A stretch of DNA of 64,000 nt from Alphaproteobacteria bacterium (lineage in GTDB: Bacteria > Pseudomonadota > Alphaproteobacteria > SMXQ01): the NCBI GenBank assembly GCA_050485485.1, contig JBJHBM010000005.1, positions 11,877-75,876 on the forward strand, in the 5' to 3' direction. The stretch's first letter is position 1. Every line of letters begins with the position of its first letter. This document shows positions 1-10,300 of the stretch, in pieces. Under the pieces are notes generated by a model. The model was not told the origin of the DNA and did no database searches. It saw only the letters and a list, made by a program, of their open reading frames with translations. A program made the translations under genes and the position numbers.

Positions 1-1
1 C

Positions 2-397
2 TACTTCCGCGCCTCGCTGCCGCATTCGGTGATCTGGATGATGGTGATGCGCGGGCATTTCGGCGCGGGCCCGCCGACGCTCGGCCAGTGCCAGGAAGCG
101 GTGGCGTGCTCGCCGCTCACCACACGCAAGCTGATCGCCGACGCGGTGGCGCGCGGCTATCTGGAGCTTCGCCAGGACGGCGACGACAGCCGCCGCCGAC
201 TGGTATGCCCGACGCCGCTCACGGTCGCGGAATTCAAGGGGATGGTGGACGGCTACCTCGACTTCTTCGAGGGACTCGCCGCCGCGGAGGGGGGTCGCCG
301 GCCGGCGACGGACGGACAGGCGCCCGCGGCCGGCCGGCGGCGGACGGCTATTCCCGCGCCTTCGCCGCGCGCTCGGCCACGGCGGGGGAAATCTTGA
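2..397 (+). CDS. 3' fragment of a putative wHTH transcriptional regulator (gene begins upstream of window; true stop uncertain)
   Basis: Frame is open from the window edge. Contains an HTH-like segment LTTRKLIADAVARGYLE followed by a wing-like RRRLVCPT. The last ~40 codons are low complexity and overlap the 3' end of the TctC-like pseudogene on the opposite strand. Confidence 0.2.
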   Translation, partial: YFRASLPHSVIWMMVMRGHFGAGPPTLGQCQEAVACSPLTTRKLIADAVARGYLELRQDGDDSRRRLVCPTPLTVAEFKGMVDGYLDFFEGLAAAEGGRRPATDGQAPAAGRRRTAIPAPSPRARPRRGKS

Positions 398-1368
398 GCG
401 TCTCCGCGATCCGCGCCTGAAGCTCCTTGCCCGACATCGGCTCGAACTCCATCTGCCGCTTCTCGATCTCGGCCAGGAACTGCGGATCCTTGAGCATGGC
501 GTCGAAGGCGGCGCGCAGCGTCTCCATGCGCTCCGCCGGCACCTCGGGCGGGGTCATCACCGCCCGGCCGATCTCGGCCGTGCTTCCGTAGAGCGCGAGA
601 ATCTGCTTGTCGTCCGGCGTCTTGCCGAGCTCCACCATGGCGGGGATGTCGGGGAACAGCCGGTGGCGGCTCTGAGAATACTGCACCAGCACCGAGATCT
701 TGCGCTCCTTGAGCCAGTCCTGGCGGCTGATGGTCAGGATTTCCGCCGTGGTGTGGCCACCCTGGACCTCGCCGCGCTCCATCGCCAGCAGCGTGCCGGT
801 GGCGCCCTGGGTAGCCCAGCACCGGCTTGAACTTCGTGCCGACGATGCTGTTGAGCACCTTGGGCATGCTTTCGGAGGTGCTGCGCGGGCTGGTGGCGCC
901 GAGGATCACCTCCTGGCGCATGGCGTCCTCGATGGTCCGGACCGGCGTGGTGTGCCACGCGACCGTGACTTCCACCACCGAGGTCAGCCGCCCGAGCCAG
1001 CCGAACCGCGTCATGTCGAAATCGATGGCGGGGTTCTTGAGGATGTGCTCGAGCGCGATCGCCTGGGTGATCATGCCGATATGGGTGCCGTCGCGCGGCG
1101 CCTGGTGGTAGAGGAAGCTCGCGGCCTTGAGGCTGGCCACGCCCGGCAGGTTGCGCGGGACGATCGTCGGGTTGTGGGGCAGGTGGCGCGGCAGGTGCGC
1201 GGCGACGAGGCGCGAGTAGGTGTCGTAGGTGCCGCCCGGGTTGTAGCCGATCACGAAGGTGAGCGTCTTGCCCTTGTAGAAGTCGTCCGTCCGCGCGTCC
1301 TGCGCGAAGGCGAGGCACAGCGCGCCGACGCCGGCGCCGATCAGAGACAGACTCGTGGCTTTGCGCAT
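348..1368 (-). pseudogene. TctC/Bug-family tripartite tricarboxylate transporter substrate-binding protein, frameshifted
   Basis: The N-terminal 190 aa (frame of ORF 253..1368: signal peptide, FYKGKTLTFVIGYNPGGTYDTYSRL...VLGYPG) and the C-terminal 144 aa (ORF 348..782: MERGEVQGGH...) align end-to-end with the intact paralogue at 14891..15973 (…IGYKSSDEVNVAMERGEVQ…). The frame switches at ~803-812 inside a CCCAGGGCGCC run, consistent with a 1-bp indel. Confidence 0.6.
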
Positions 1369-1419
1369 GTGTGGTCTCCCTGTTTCGTTATGGTTCGGGT
1401 GCGCGCGCGGCCGGCGCCG

Positions 1420-2262
1420 TCAGGCGTTGGCCCGTTTCGCCCCCTCGCGCTCCGAGCACGCGATCATCACGCCTTCGATGTCGGTGAGGTGGAAATCGCC
1501 GACCGCGCTCTTCCTGAAGACGTTGTAGCGCGCCGCCCCGTCGGTGCCGTGTCCGAGCGGGCGCGGGTGCAGGTGCGGATTCTGGCCGAGCACGTCCTCG
1601 AGGTCGTCCTTGAGGGCGTCGATGCTCTCCACCTCGAACTCGATGTGGTCGGGGCCGAGGCGCTGGGGGTCGGTGTCGAGGTAGTCCGACATCTTCCACG
1701 GGATGACCATCAGCGTCACCCGGCCGTCGGAGAGGTGGTAGCTGTCGTCCCGGGTGTTGAGCAGGTTGAGCTCGAACACCTCGGCGTAGAACTGGGCGCA
1801 GCGCTCGGCGTGGCGGGTGCGCAGCGCGATGTGGCTGATGGTGCGCGGCTGCTCCCAGTCGTTCTCGGTGTAGATGTCCTTCTGCATGCCGAGATTCTTC
1901 TGCGACAGGTCGAAGATGTTGGTGTCGGGGTCGTAGGCGCTGTAGGCGGCGAACGGGCGCACCGGCGGGCGCTTCAGTGCCTCCAGCTCCGGGTCGAACT
2001 TCTTCATGCGCGCGACCGCGAGGTCGATGTCCTCCACCTCGAGCCCGAAGTGGTCGAGCCCGCTGGTACGGCCCTCGCGGCGCGGGATGATATTGAGCCC
2101 GACGTAGCCGTCGCCGAGCACCACGGCGCGGGCGGGGCGGGGCTTGCGCGACGGCCGCATGCCGAACACCGCCTCGTAGAACTTGCCGTTGATGGCGTAC
2201 TGGTCGCTGGTGATGGCGACGTGGTTGATCTTCGCGAACATGGCAGTCTCCCTACGGCTCAC
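1420..2262 (-). CDS. VOC family (glyoxalase/bleomycin-resistance/extradiol dioxygenase fold) two-domain protein
   Basis: 280-aa ORF; two repeated VOC modules (INHVAI…GLDHFGLEV and ISHIALRT…GPDHIEFEV). Alternative start at MFAKINHV (2241). Confidence 0.75.
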   Translation of the reverse strand: MSRRETAMFAKINHVAITSDQYAINGKFYEAVFGMRPSRKPRPARAVVLGDGYVGLNIIPRREGRTSGLDHFGLEVEDIDLAVARMKKFDPELEALKRPPVRPFAAYSAYDPDTNIFDLSQKNLGMQKDIYTENDWEQPRTISHIALRTRHAERCAQFYAEVFELNLLNTRDDSYHLSDGRVTLMVIPWKMSDYLDTDPQRLGPDHIEFEVESIDALKDDLEDVLGQNPHLHPRPLGHGTDGAARYNVFRKSAVGDFHLTDIEGVMIACSEREGAKRANA

Positions 2263-2333
2263 GGCCTACGCCCTGGAGCGTGCGCTCGGGTCGAGCTTAG
2301 GGCGGGGGCCGGCGCGAAAAACCTATAAAAGTT

Positions 2334-3722
2334 TTAGGTTTCGGGTCTCGGCGGCGCGGCGCCGCCGTCCCCGGCCGCGGCGCCGTCCGCGAGGGCGAAG
2401 TCCTTGAGGGTCAGGCCCGCGAGCCCGTCCGCGACCGTGCTGTCGATGCGCCGCATGAGGCCGGCGACGGGGGCGGGGGTCTCCTGGCGGGGGGCGTCGA
2501 CGCCGGCGGTCTCGATGCCACGCACGGCGCGGCGCACGGCGTCGAGCGTGGTCTCCTCGGGCGGGGCGGAGGGCAGGTAGAGGGCCTGGTCCTCGCCGGC
2601 GCGCTCGACCAGGCCGGCGCGCTCCATGCGCCGCAGCACGTCGCACAGCACCGGCATCGGCGCGTTGGTATGGCGCGCGAGGCGGTCGACGCTCCAGGCG
2701 GGAGCCTGGCGGTAGTAGGCCCTCACGATGTGCCAGATCGCGGTGAGCGCGACGCGCTCGGTGGTCTCGATGCTGTACTCGCCGGGCTCCCGCCGGAGGC
2801 CGATGTAGTGGGGGTTCTGGACGTAGAACGAGAGGGCGCTGCCGACCAGCACGATCAGCCACACGATGTAGAGCCAGATCATGAACAGGAGCAGCGTCGC
2901 GAAGGCGGAATAGACCGCGGCGTAGCGCACCGAGGTGACGATGAAGGAAGAGAACCCCCAGCCGATCACGGTCCACATCAGCCCGGCCGCGATCCCGCCC
3001 GCGAGGGCCGGGAGGAACCGCACCCGCGTGTTGGGGATGAACATGTAGACGAAAGTGAAGGTGATGCTGACCAGCAGCAGCGGCACCAGGCGCCCGGCCA
3101 GCGACATCAGCTCCCCCACCGGGCCGAACGCGGCGACGTCCTGGACGATGGAGGCGGCAAGCATGGAGGAGGTGACGCCGAGGGCGCCGATCACCGCGAC
3201 CGGGCCCAGCACCACCAGGGCGAGGTAGTCGCGCAGCTTCTGGGCGAGGGAGCGCTCGTTGGGGGCGTGCCAGATGTAGTTGAAGGCGCGCTCCACCTTC
3301 TCGAGCAGCGACACCACCGTGTAGAACAGCAGCATCAGGCCGATGAAGCCGAGCACGCCGACCTGCACGTTATCGACGAAGCCAATGATCCGCTGGGTGA
3401 TCTCCTCCGCCTGTTCGCCGAGCGGCTCGAGCAGGCCGAGCAGCAGCGGCTCCGCCTGGTTGTGGACGCCGAAGCCCTTGAGCACCGAGAAGCCGATCGC
3501 CACCAGCGGCACGAGGGACAGCAGCGTGGTGTAGACCAGGCTCATGGCGCGCAGCGTGAGCTGGCCTTCGACGATGTCACGCGCGAGCGCGGCCAGGATG
3601 CCGACCGGGCGCATCAGCGGGCTGGCCCAGACCGAGCCGGTGGCGGGCTCCGCCCGGCCGAACACGGCGCGCAGCGCCCGCAGGTTGTGGAGAGTATCGG
3701 CGCCGAGCTTGCGCATCTTCAT
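2334..3722 (-). CDS. YihY/BrkB (virulence factor BrkB / RNase BN-like) family inner-membrane protein
   Basis: Multi-pass membrane protein with the characteristic YihY core (LAAALAYYTLLSLVP-like, FNYIW, LLLFMIWLYI) and a C-terminal soluble extension. Start chosen at MKMRKLG, 26 codons inside the longest ORF. Confidence 0.8.
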   Translation of the reverse strand: MKMRKLGADTLHNLRALRAVFGRAEPATGSVWASPLMRPVGILAALARDIVEGQLTLRAMSLVYTTLLSLVPLVAIGFSVLKGFGVHNQAEPLLLGLLEPLGEQAEEITQRIIGFVDNVQVGVLGFIGLMLLFYTVVSLLEKVERAFNYIWHAPNERSLAQKLRDYLALVVLGPVAVIGALGVTSSMLAASIVQDVAAFGPVGELMSLAGRLVPLLLVSITFTFVYMFIPNTRVRFLPALAGGIAAGLMWTVIGWGFSSFIVTSVRYAAVYSAFATLLLFMIWLYIVWLIVLVGSALSFYVQNPHYIGLRREPGEYSIETTERVALTAIWHIVRAYYRQAPAWSVDRLARHTNAPMPVLCDVLRRMERAGLVERAGEDQALYLPSAPPEETTLDAVRRAVRGIETAGVDAPRQETPAPVAGLMRRIDSTVADGLAGLTLKDFALADGAAAGDGGAAPPRPET

Positions 3723-3922
3723 GGGGAGCGGTCCTGTCGGTGTCGGTTCGGTTCCCCCATGGTGCCGGGGTTTCGCGCGGCAGTCCATGAGGACGTCCAC
3801 GGATGGTTGCGGGCGGGGGCGCCGGGGCGCTAGGCGCGTGCGCGCCGACGCGCTAGAGTGGCGCCCGCCGGGCCGGGGGCGGCCGGGACCAGGCCATAGG
3901 GCGTCAGCGGATCGAGGGGGCC

Positions 3923-4879
<957 letters not shown>

Positions 4880-5079
4880 AGTGGGTGAGGTAATCGTCGT
4901 TACGCTTTACTACTATGTCGGACGGACTTTATCACTATACAGCGTGCCGACCAGTTGACTTAGATATTGCAATCATTTATAGGCATTTTGTGTTCTGGGG
5001 ATGTTGTTTTGGTAGTTAACGCCGCATGTCAGCGGGGAGGCAGGCGCTGGCGAGCAGGTTTATGGAAGGGGATTGCTGC

Positions 5080-6330
5080 ATGAACTCCGGTTCCCGTTTG
5101 ACCTTGGGCATGAGTGCCCTCGCCGCTTCCCTGCTGCTGGTGCCCGAAGTGCTCGCACAGGATAATCGCTACCTTACCGTGACCGAACGCCCGCGCCCCG
5201 AGCTCGATCCGCTCGGCGTCCGGGTGGGCTCCTTCCTGCTGTTCCCCAAGCTCGGTGTTACGGGCTACTACGACGACAATATCTTCCGCACCAATACCAA
5301 CACGGTTGACGACTTCATCACGGTCATCTCCCCGTCGGTGGACCTGCGGTCGAACTGGAACAACCACGCCCTCAACCTGGGCGCGCGGGCCGACATCGGG
5401 CGTTACGCCGACAACGGGCGGGAAGACTACGAGGACTACAACCTCTATGCCAACGGCGTGCTCGACATCACACGCCGTGCGCGGTTGAGCGGCGGCCTGT
5501 CCTACAGTCAGCTGCACGAGGACCGCGGCTCCCCCGACGACGCCAACGGCGTGAACCCGACGGAATATTCGCTGATGGCGGCGAATGCCGCCTTCCGCCA
5601 GCAGTTCAACCGGCTCAATGCCACGGTCACCGGCAACTTCCGTCAGTTCGATTACGACAACGTGCGGCGCGCGAACGGCACCATCGTCAACAACAACGCC
5701 CGCGACCGCAACGAGTACGATATCGGCCTTCGCCTCGGTTACGAAATCGTGCCCGCCTACGAAGCCTTCGTGCGCGTCGTCTACAATCAGCGCGACTACG
5801 ATCAGTCCGTGGACGCCAACGGCTTCAACCGCGATTCCGACGGCTACGAGACGGTGGCAGGCCTCCGCGTCGATCTCTCGGGCACGGCCTTTGGCGACGT
5901 CTATGCCGGGTACCGCACCCAGAGCTACGACGATTCGCGTCTCCGCCGGGTTTCGGGCTTGACCTACGGCGCCGCCCTCACCTGGAACGCGACGGCGCTC
6001 ACGACGGCCAAGCTGAGCGTGGCCCGCGAGGTGGAGGAGACGACCCAGAACAACGCCTCCGGCTACTTCGCGACCGTGTACGGCGTCTCGGTGGATCATG
6101 AGCTGCTGCGCAACCTCCTGATCGGCGGCAACGCGGCCTATATCACGAACGACTATAAAGGGATCTCGCGCGAGGACGATCACACCGAGTTCGGCCTTCA
6201 TGCGAAGTACCTGTGGAACCGCTACCTCAACCTTTCGCTCGGCTATACGCGTCGTTCGCGCGATTCCAGCGTCGCTGGCGCGGACTACGACTACAACCGG
6301 CTGATGCTGAAAGTGGAGGCGATGCTTTGA
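5080..6330 (+). CDS. outer-membrane beta-barrel protein (putative beta-barrel porin-2/BBP2-like)
   Basis: Signal peptide (MNSGSRLTLGMSALAASLLLVPEVLA), alternating aromatic/polar beta-strand pattern, C-terminal aromatic residue pattern. Preceded by a 200-bp AT-rich region. Confidence 0.7.
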   Translation: MNSGSRLTLGMSALAASLLLVPEVLAQDNRYLTVTERPRPELDPLGVRVGSFLLFPKLGVTGYYDDNIFRTNTNTVDDFITVISPSVDLRSNWNNHALNLGARADIGRYADNGREDYEDYNLYANGVLDITRRARLSGGLSYSQLHEDRGSPDDANGVNPTEYSLMAANAAFRQQFNRLNATVTGNFRQFDYDNVRRANGTIVNNNARDRNEYDIGLRLGYEIVPAYEAFVRVVYNQRDYDQSVDANGFNRDSDGYETVAGLRVDLSGTAFGDVYAGYRTQSYDDSRLRRVSGLTYGAALTWNATALTTAKLSVAREVEETTQNNASGYFATVYGVSVDHELLRNLLIGGNAAYITNDYKGISREDDHTEFGLHAKYLWNRYLNLSLGYTRRSRDSSVAGADYDYNRLMLKVEAML

Positions 6331-6595
6331 GGAAGACAAGGCTCCATCGCCAGGACTAGGCTTCAGTCCGTGTCTTGTCGCCGCTATGGTGGAACGAGAT
6401 AGCGGCGACAAGTCGGAATGTCGTGCTGCTTTTGCGGCGCTGCTGCTGGGCGATTGGTGCGCGGTGGGTTGTCGCCAAAGCGGGACGCGCTTTCGTTGGT
6501 GCTCTCATGAACCGGGACGGGCTTGAGGATTCGGGCATCACGCAGGCGCAAGACCGGCGCGGTGCCCGAAGCGGCCGAGCTCGAGGTCTAAGCGA

Positions 6596-6907
6596 TCAGT
6601 GACGCACACCCTGGGCGAGCACCGGCAGCTCCTCCCAGTTGCGGCCTGCGGCGATCATGCAGGCGAAACCATCGGGCATGGTGATGATGATGGTAAAGGT
6701 GCCGCGCTCGCGCGATCGCATCACCTCGATCACGCCGCCGTTTTCGGCGATCCCATGGGCGACGGATGTCTCGCGGTACTCGCCGGCGAGCTGGGCGACG
6801 ATCTGCGATCGCGGCGCACAGACGTTGTCGCCGGCCATGGTCGGGAGCGCCGCCACAGCCATAAGCACCGTTGCTACCGGTCCTTGCAGGGAGATCGGTT
6901 TCGTCAT
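6596..6907 (-). CDS. hypothetical small secreted protein (~104 aa, 3 Cys)
   Basis: Signal-peptide-like N-terminus MTKPISLQGPVATVLMAVAALPTMAGD. No recognisable family. Confidence 0.4.
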   Translation of the reverse strand: MTKPISLQGPVATVLMAVAALPTMAGDNVCAPRSQIVAQLAGEYRETSVAHGIAENGGVIEVMRSRERGTFTIIITMPDGFACMIAAGRNWEELPVLAQGVRH

Positions 6908-7011
6908 CGTCGGATTTCTCCGGTCTGGCCGCGCAGGTGGCGGCATGGAGAATCCTGCCGTTGAAAATCCTAACGATGGATTAAGAAAATTCCATAAGCT
7001 GGAGTTTTATT

Positions 7012-7677
7012 TTAAGGATTCCGGATAGCAAGGGTCATTCCGTCGTTGACAGGAATGGTCGTGGGCGCGAAGCGTCCATCGGCCGCGAGGGCCGCATTGA
7101 AGTGCCGGATTCCCACGGTTTCCGGGTCGTGGATGGCTTCGTCGGCGACCCGCCCGCCCCAGAGCACGTTATCGGCGATCAGGAGGCCACCGGGCCGCAG
7201 CAGGGTGGCGAGGGGGTCCAGGTAGGCCGGATAGCCCGGTTTATCTGCGTCCAGGAAAGCGAGGTCGAAGCTTCCGTCCTGGTTTTCGGCGATCAGGGTG
7301 TCGAGAACGTCCAGGCCTCGCCCTATGCGTCTGTCGATACGGTCTTCTACACCGGCCTCGCGCCAGTAATGCAGCCCCATCTCGCTCCAGCCGCTCGCGA
7401 CGTCGCAAGTGATCACCTCGCCGCCTTCGGGCAGGGCAAGGGCGAAAGCGAGCGCGGAATAGCCGGTGAAAGTCCCGATCTCTATGACGCGCCGGGCGCG
7501 GATGAGGCGCGTGAGGAACTGGAGGAAGGCGATCTCGTCGGGGCTCGCCGCCCATGCGGCATTGGGCAAGCGCGAGGTCTCCTCGCGCAAGCCACGCAGT
7601 TCCGGGCTTTCGGGCCGGCCTATCGAGAGCATGTAGGTGTAAACACTTTCCGGAATACGGATTACATTATGCGTCAT
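7012..7677 (-). CDS. class I SAM-dependent O-methyltransferase (caffeoyl-CoA OMT-like, PF01596-type)
   Basis: VIEIGTFTGYSALAFALAL SAM-binding motif, DLAFLDADK, LLRPGGLLIADNVLW. Confidence 0.85.
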   Translation of the reverse strand: MTHNVIRIPESVYTYMLSIGRPESPELRGLREETSRLPNAAWAASPDEIAFLQFLTRLIRARRVIEIGTFTGYSALAFALALPEGGEVITCDVASGWSEMGLHYWREAGVEDRIDRRIGRGLDVLDTLIAENQDGSFDLAFLDADKPGYPAYLDPLATLLRPGGLLIADNVLWGGRVADEAIHDPETVGIRHFNAALAADGRFAPTTIPVNDGMTLAIRNP

Positions 7678-7824
7678 GCAGTTCCGTCGATCCCGGTTGC
7701 GGTGCGGGAAACATCATATAGATAAATTTGCATTTGCAAATAAGACTATAGAATTATGTCCGGGCAAAAGGCCTGAACGTAGTGTTTCGTTCCTGGGAGA
7801 GAATGCTTTAGGTTCCAGACCGCT

Positions 7825-7901
7825 CGGGGAGTAGCTCAGCCTGGTAGAGCACCTGCTTTGGGAGCAGGGGGCCGGAGGTTCGAATCCTCTCTCCCCGACC
7901 A
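7825..7901 (+). tRNA. tRNA-Pro (anticodon TGG)
   Basis: Cloverleaf read by hand: acceptor CGGGGAG/CTCCCCG, anticodon loop TTTGGGA, T-arm GGTTCGAATCC, CCA encoded. Confidence 0.9.
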
Positions 7902-7926
7902 GCTTTCAATTTTCAACCTTCTGACG

Positions 7927-9414
7927 TCAGGCCGGCCGTTGCGTTGCCTCGCCGGTGCCCTGGGGCGTCATCCGGATCTCGAGGCGGTTGAAGCCGTGCT
8001 GGACGGCGAGCGCCATGACGGCGGCCGGGACCGCCCCTTCCAGGATCAGCCCCACGTCGTCGAGCCTGATGCCGGTCAGGATCGGCTGACCGTAGCCGCC
8101 CGCGCCGATCAGGGCGCCGAGCGTAGCCGTGCCCACGTTGATGACGGCCGCTGTCTTTATGCCGGCGAGGATGGTGGGCGCCGCGAGCGGCAGGTCGATC
8201 CGAAGCAGCCGGTCGCGGGCGCCGAGGCCGAGGGCGCGTGCCGAGCGGCGTACCGGTTCCGGCACGCCGGCAAGTCCCGCATGGGTATTCCGCACCACCG
8301 GCAGCAGGCTGTAGAGGAACAGCGCCGCCACGGCAGGAACGCCGCCGATGCCGAGCAACGGGATCATGAACACGAGCAGCGCGAGCGCGGGGATGGTCTG
8401 GACCATGCCGACCGTGCCTAGGATCCAGACGCCGAGGCGGGGTCGGCGCCATGCTGCGATGCCGAGGGGGATGGCGACGGCGATGGCGGCAGACAGGCTG
8501 ATGCCGACGAGCAAAAGATGCTCCCAGGTGTGGCGCAACAGGCGGTCGAACCGTCCTTCGGCGCGCAGGGGGGCGCTCGCACCGAGGCGGGCTTCGAGAA
8601 AGCTTGCCGCCACTTCCGCTTCGGGAGCGCCTTCGATCTTCACGGCACGGTTGAGGCGGGTCATCGTGGCGTCGTCGATCGTCCCTGCGAGACGGCCGAG
8701 CGCAGTCACTAGCTCGGGTGCGTTTCTGGCAACCTCAGAACGGATCAGAAAGACGGCGTCATAGGCCGGAAAATGGCCGAGATCGTCCTTGAGAACGCGG
8801 ATATCGTAGTAGTCGATCTCGGCATCGGTCGCGTAGAGGTCCATTACGTCGATGTTGCCGGCGGCGAGGCCGCGATAGGCGAGATCGTGGGCAAGGCCGC
8901 GCACGTTACGGTGGGGGAGCCGATAGCGCTCGCGCAAGGCGGGCCAGCCGTCGGCGCGGTCCATGAACTCGTTGCCGAAGCCAAGGGCGAGGCCGGAATG
9001 GCGGGACAGGTCGGAGACGGTTTCGATGTCGAGTTCCGCCGCGCGAATCTCCAGCATGCCGATGGCATAGGTGTTGTTGAAGCCGAGCGGCGCCAGCATG
9101 ACGAGGCCGTGACGGGCGAGCGCTTCCGAAAGGGCGCCGTCTTCGCGGAGTCCTTCGCCCGCCAGAATCTCCTCGCGCAGCGTGCCGGTGTATTCGGGGT
9201 AGATGTCAATATCGCCGCGCGTGAGTGCATTCCAAAGAACGCGCGTGCCGCCCAACTCGCGGCGGTGGCGCGCCTCGACGCCGATACTGCGTGCAAGCTG
9301 GGCCGCCATCTCGCCGAGGATCACGGATTCGGTGAAGGCTTTCGAGCCGACCGTCACCTCGGCGGCACGCGCGCCATGGGCGGAGATCAGGGCGACCCCC
9401 GCGAAGACGATCAT
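7927..9414 (-). CDS. glycine betaine/choline-type (OpuC/ProX-like) ABC transporter, fused substrate-binding + permease protein
   Basis: The N-terminal half is a periplasmic binding domain (EVTVGSKAFTESVILGEMAAQL…). The C-terminal half is a permease with the EAA-like loop (…ARALGLGARDRLLRIDLPLAAPTILAGIK…). The table ORF 7927..10302 is really two genes. Start chosen at MIVFAGV, 23 bp after the stop of the ATPase gene. Confidence 0.8.
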   Translation of the reverse strand: MIVFAGVALISAHGARAAEVTVGSKAFTESVILGEMAAQLARSIGVEARHRRELGGTRVLWNALTRGDIDIYPEYTGTLREEILAGEGLREDGALSEALARHGLVMLAPLGFNNTYAIGMLEIRAAELDIETVSDLSRHSGLALGFGNEFMDRADGWPALRERYRLPHRNVRGLAHDLAYRGLAAGNIDVMDLYATDAEIDYYDIRVLKDDLGHFPAYDAVFLIRSEVARNAPELVTALGRLAGTIDDATMTRLNRAVKIEGAPEAEVAASFLEARLGASAPLRAEGRFDRLLRHTWEHLLLVGISLSAAIAVAIPLGIAAWRRPRLGVWILGTVGMVQTIPALALLVFMIPLLGIGGVPAVAALFLYSLLPVVRNTHAGLAGVPEPVRRSARALGLGARDRLLRIDLPLAAPTILAGIKTAAVINVGTATLGALIGAGGYGQPILTGIRLDDVGLILEGAVPAAVMALAVQHGFNRLEIRMTPQGTGEATQRPA

Positions 9415-9437
9415 TTGAACGAGCAGGCGCAACGGGC

Positions 9438-10187
9438 TCACGACAGGCCCTCGGCTTCGGCCCAGCCCGCGCGTTGGGCATTGATGAAACGGGTGACGAA
9501 GGGATCGGCGGGCCGACGGGTGAGGTCGGAGATGGTGCCGCTCTGGACCACGCGGCCTGCGCGCATGAGGAGGATCGTGTCGGCGAAGAATGCGGCTTCC
9601 CCCATGTCGTGTGTGACCATCACGACGGTCTTGCCGAGGGCACGAAAGATGTCGCGTAGCTCGTTCTGGAGATCGAAGCGGATCAGAGGATCGAGCGCGC
9701 CCAGGGGCTCGTCCAGCAGGAGCACCTCCGGGTCGAGCATCAGCGCCCGCATGAGGCTCACGCGCTGGCGCTGGCCGCCCGACAGGCCGATCGGATAACG
9801 GTCGAGCGCGTCCTCCGGAAAGTGGGTGAGGGCGGCGAGTTCGACGAGACGCTCGTCGGTCCGCTCCCGCGTCCAGCCGAGGATGCGGGCCATCAGGACG
9901 ACGTTCTCGCGCGCTGTCATGTGGGGGAATAGCCCCCCTTCCTGGATGACGTAGCCCATGCGCCGGCGCGCGGCCTGGACCGTTTCGGGGCCGAGCGGCA
10001 CCCCGTCGAACAGGACGCGGCCCCGGTCGGGGACGACCAGCCCGTTCATCATGCCGAGGAGGGTGGACTTGCCGCAGCCAGACGGGCCGATCACCACCAG
10101 GGTCCGGCCCGGCTCGATCTCGAGGTCGAGCGGCGCGACGGCAGGGATACCGCCGAAATGCCGGGCGGCCTGTTCGAGACGAAGCAT
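9438..10187 (-). CDS. ABC transporter ATP-binding protein (osmoprotectant-uptake type)
   Basis: Walker A GPSGCGKST, signature LSGGQRQRVSL, Walker B LLLDEP, H-loop. Confidence 0.9.
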   Translation of the reverse strand: MLRLEQAARHFGGIPAVAPLDLEIEPGRTLVVIGPSGCGKSTLLGMMNGLVVPDRGRVLFDGVPLGPETVQAARRRMGYVIQEGGLFPHMTARENVVLMARILGWTRERTDERLVELAALTHFPEDALDRYPIGLSGGQRQRVSLMRALMLDPEVLLLDEPLGALDPLIRFDLQNELRDIFRALGKTVVMVTHDMGEAAFFADTILLMRAGRVVQSGTISDLTRRPADPFVTRFINAQRAGWAEAEGLS

Positions 10188-10300
10188 GGCGCGATGATGT
10201 CACATCGCCACCCGCCCCAAAAGCCCGACGGGCGCGCACCGGGCCGCTTGACGCGAGGCGCCCCGGAAGATACCCATATCCCGCCAATTTGGAGAGGAAC

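Noticed and set aside
700-2328. 542-aa + strand ORF (and similar long ORFs 2670..3833, 5029..6411, 8773..9798, 13188..14876, 14843..16033, 16353..17423, 16417..17685, 17857..19143, 18629..19648, 24849..26201, 26282..27715, 32021..33664, 34082..35104, 35608..36486, 44828..47245, 48786..50639, 55145..56107, 60072..61676, 61646..63562)
   Set aside because: Their low-complexity Arg/Ala/Gly/Pro-rich translations lie antisense or out of frame to genes with clear homology. These are typical shadow ORFs of a ~70% GC genome.
6375-6602. 75-aa ORF in the 265-bp gap between the OMP and the small secreted protein
   Set aside because: No RBS and low-complexity translation; probably non-coding.
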